Shown one piece after another: positions 63,210 through 64,000 of a stretch of 64,000 nucleotides of DNA (the stretch's first letter is position 1; each line of letters opens with the position of its first letter). Position numbers and translations under genes: made by a program. The notes beneath the pieces were generated by a model. That model had not been told where the DNA came from. It was given only the letters and a program-made list of their open reading frames with translations, and ran no database searches. Source of the stretch: Bdellovibrionota bacterium (GTDB lineage Bacteria; Bdellovibrionota_C; UBA2361; CAKMMH01); contig JBMNLI010000010.1 of the NCBI GenBank assembly GCA_050952645.1, forward strand, positions 160,001 to 224,000, in the 5' to 3' direction.

Positions 63210-63283
63210 TGGCTATAAGTGGGCTTGAACCACTGACCTCGGAATTATGAGTTCCGCGCTCTAGCCAGCTGAGCTATATAGCC
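63210..63283 (-). tRNA. tRNA with CAT anticodon (elongator Met-like; Ile2 not excluded)
   Basis: GGCTATA/TATAGCC fully paired acceptor (not initiator), CT-CAT-AA loop; no CCA. Confidence 0.9.
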
Positions 63284-63573
63284 AAAATTTCCATAGCAAT
63301 AGTTTTAAAGAACTAAAAATTGCTTTGTTATTCTCACAGTATTTTTAATAAAAATCAAGACTTATAAATAAAAAAATTATTAGCCCCGATAGGTTAGCAA
63401 GGCGAGCCTTCAAAGTTTAAAAAGCTAAAAGTTATTTATCTTGCCTAAAATAATGCAAGATGATAGAAATATTTAGTAAATATAAATCAATCTCTGCAAA
63501 GGATTCTCTTTAAAAGGATTTTTAAAAGATATAAACAAGAAATAATAAGAAATAAATAAGATAGGTTTCAGTT

Positions 63574-64000
63574 ATGGCAGTAACGATATTTTTTTTTAAA
63601 CAAGATAGCACTTTTGAGGTTTCAAATAAAATTTCTAGTCTTTCAAATATGAAAGCCGATTACTATTGGGTAAACGTTCAGATAGAAGACACGGCAGAGC
63701 TTCCTCAAATTGCAAAGTTTTTCAAACTCCACGAATTATCTGTCGAAGACTGTATGACGCCTCGCCACTTTCCAAAGATTGAAGATCATGGAGCGTATAT
63801 TTTCGCTATATTTAGAGGATTAAAATCAAAACTAGATATTTGGGAAGATTTAGTAAAGTATGAAGATATAACTCGTGAAACAGAGGAAGAAAATTTAACT
63901 CACAAGCTTGCTTTATATTATTCTAAGAGTTTTTTAATAAGCGTGCAGACTATCCAAATTCCTTGGCTTGAGGCTCTTATAAGGCAGATAAAATCTCAAG
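63574..64000 (+). CDS. corA: CorA-family Mg2+/Co2+ transporter, N-terminal part (runs off the window)
   Basis: YWVN...FKLHELSVEDC...HFPKIEDHG.YIF. Confidence 0.8.
   Translation, partial: MAVTIFFFKQDSTFEVSNKISSLSNMKADYYWVNVQIEDTAELPQIAKFFKLHELSVEDCMTPRHFPKIEDHGAYIFAIFRGLKSKLDIWEDLVKYEDITRETEEENLTHKLALYYSKSFLISVQTIQIPWLEALIRQIKSQ

Overview
Chromosomal 64 kb window from a strongly AT-rich (about 30% GC by eye), diderm, probably anaerobic bacterium. It has an LPS heptosyltransferase, lipoproteins, NfnAB-type genes and a delta-proteobacterial/Bdellovibrionota-like flavour, which is inference. Most of the window is housekeeping (pssA, PiT, dnaE, lysS, fabF, pheST, pepP, rne, recD2, rpmG, nagB, aspS, murG, rplM-rpsI, corA, five tRNAs), mostly on the minus strand. 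The main unexplained structure is a dispersed non-autonomous element family. It has GG-starting terminal inverted repeats (GGYTCTTCACGTTTTAAG...CTTAAAACGTGAAGAGCC), exact 8-bp target-site duplications at two loci, and interiors from about 80 to 270 bp. At 39.7-40.5 kb the element forms a tandem array with the captured 3' end of pepP, an IS26 translocatable-unit-like geometry, next to two convergent AAA/DUF4143 ATPase-nuclease genes that each carry a palindromic operator-like site. Another copy encloses a pair of DnaA boxes. Other notable items: a ~1250 aa TadE-pilin-like, poly-Ser, Cys-rich surface protein split by a 1-nt frameshift; an HU with a ~200 aa histone-H1-like tail; catalytically eroded P1B-ATPase and PHP homologues; and pervasive short tandem duplications. 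No CRISPR array, rRNA, transposase, integrase or phage gene was seen.
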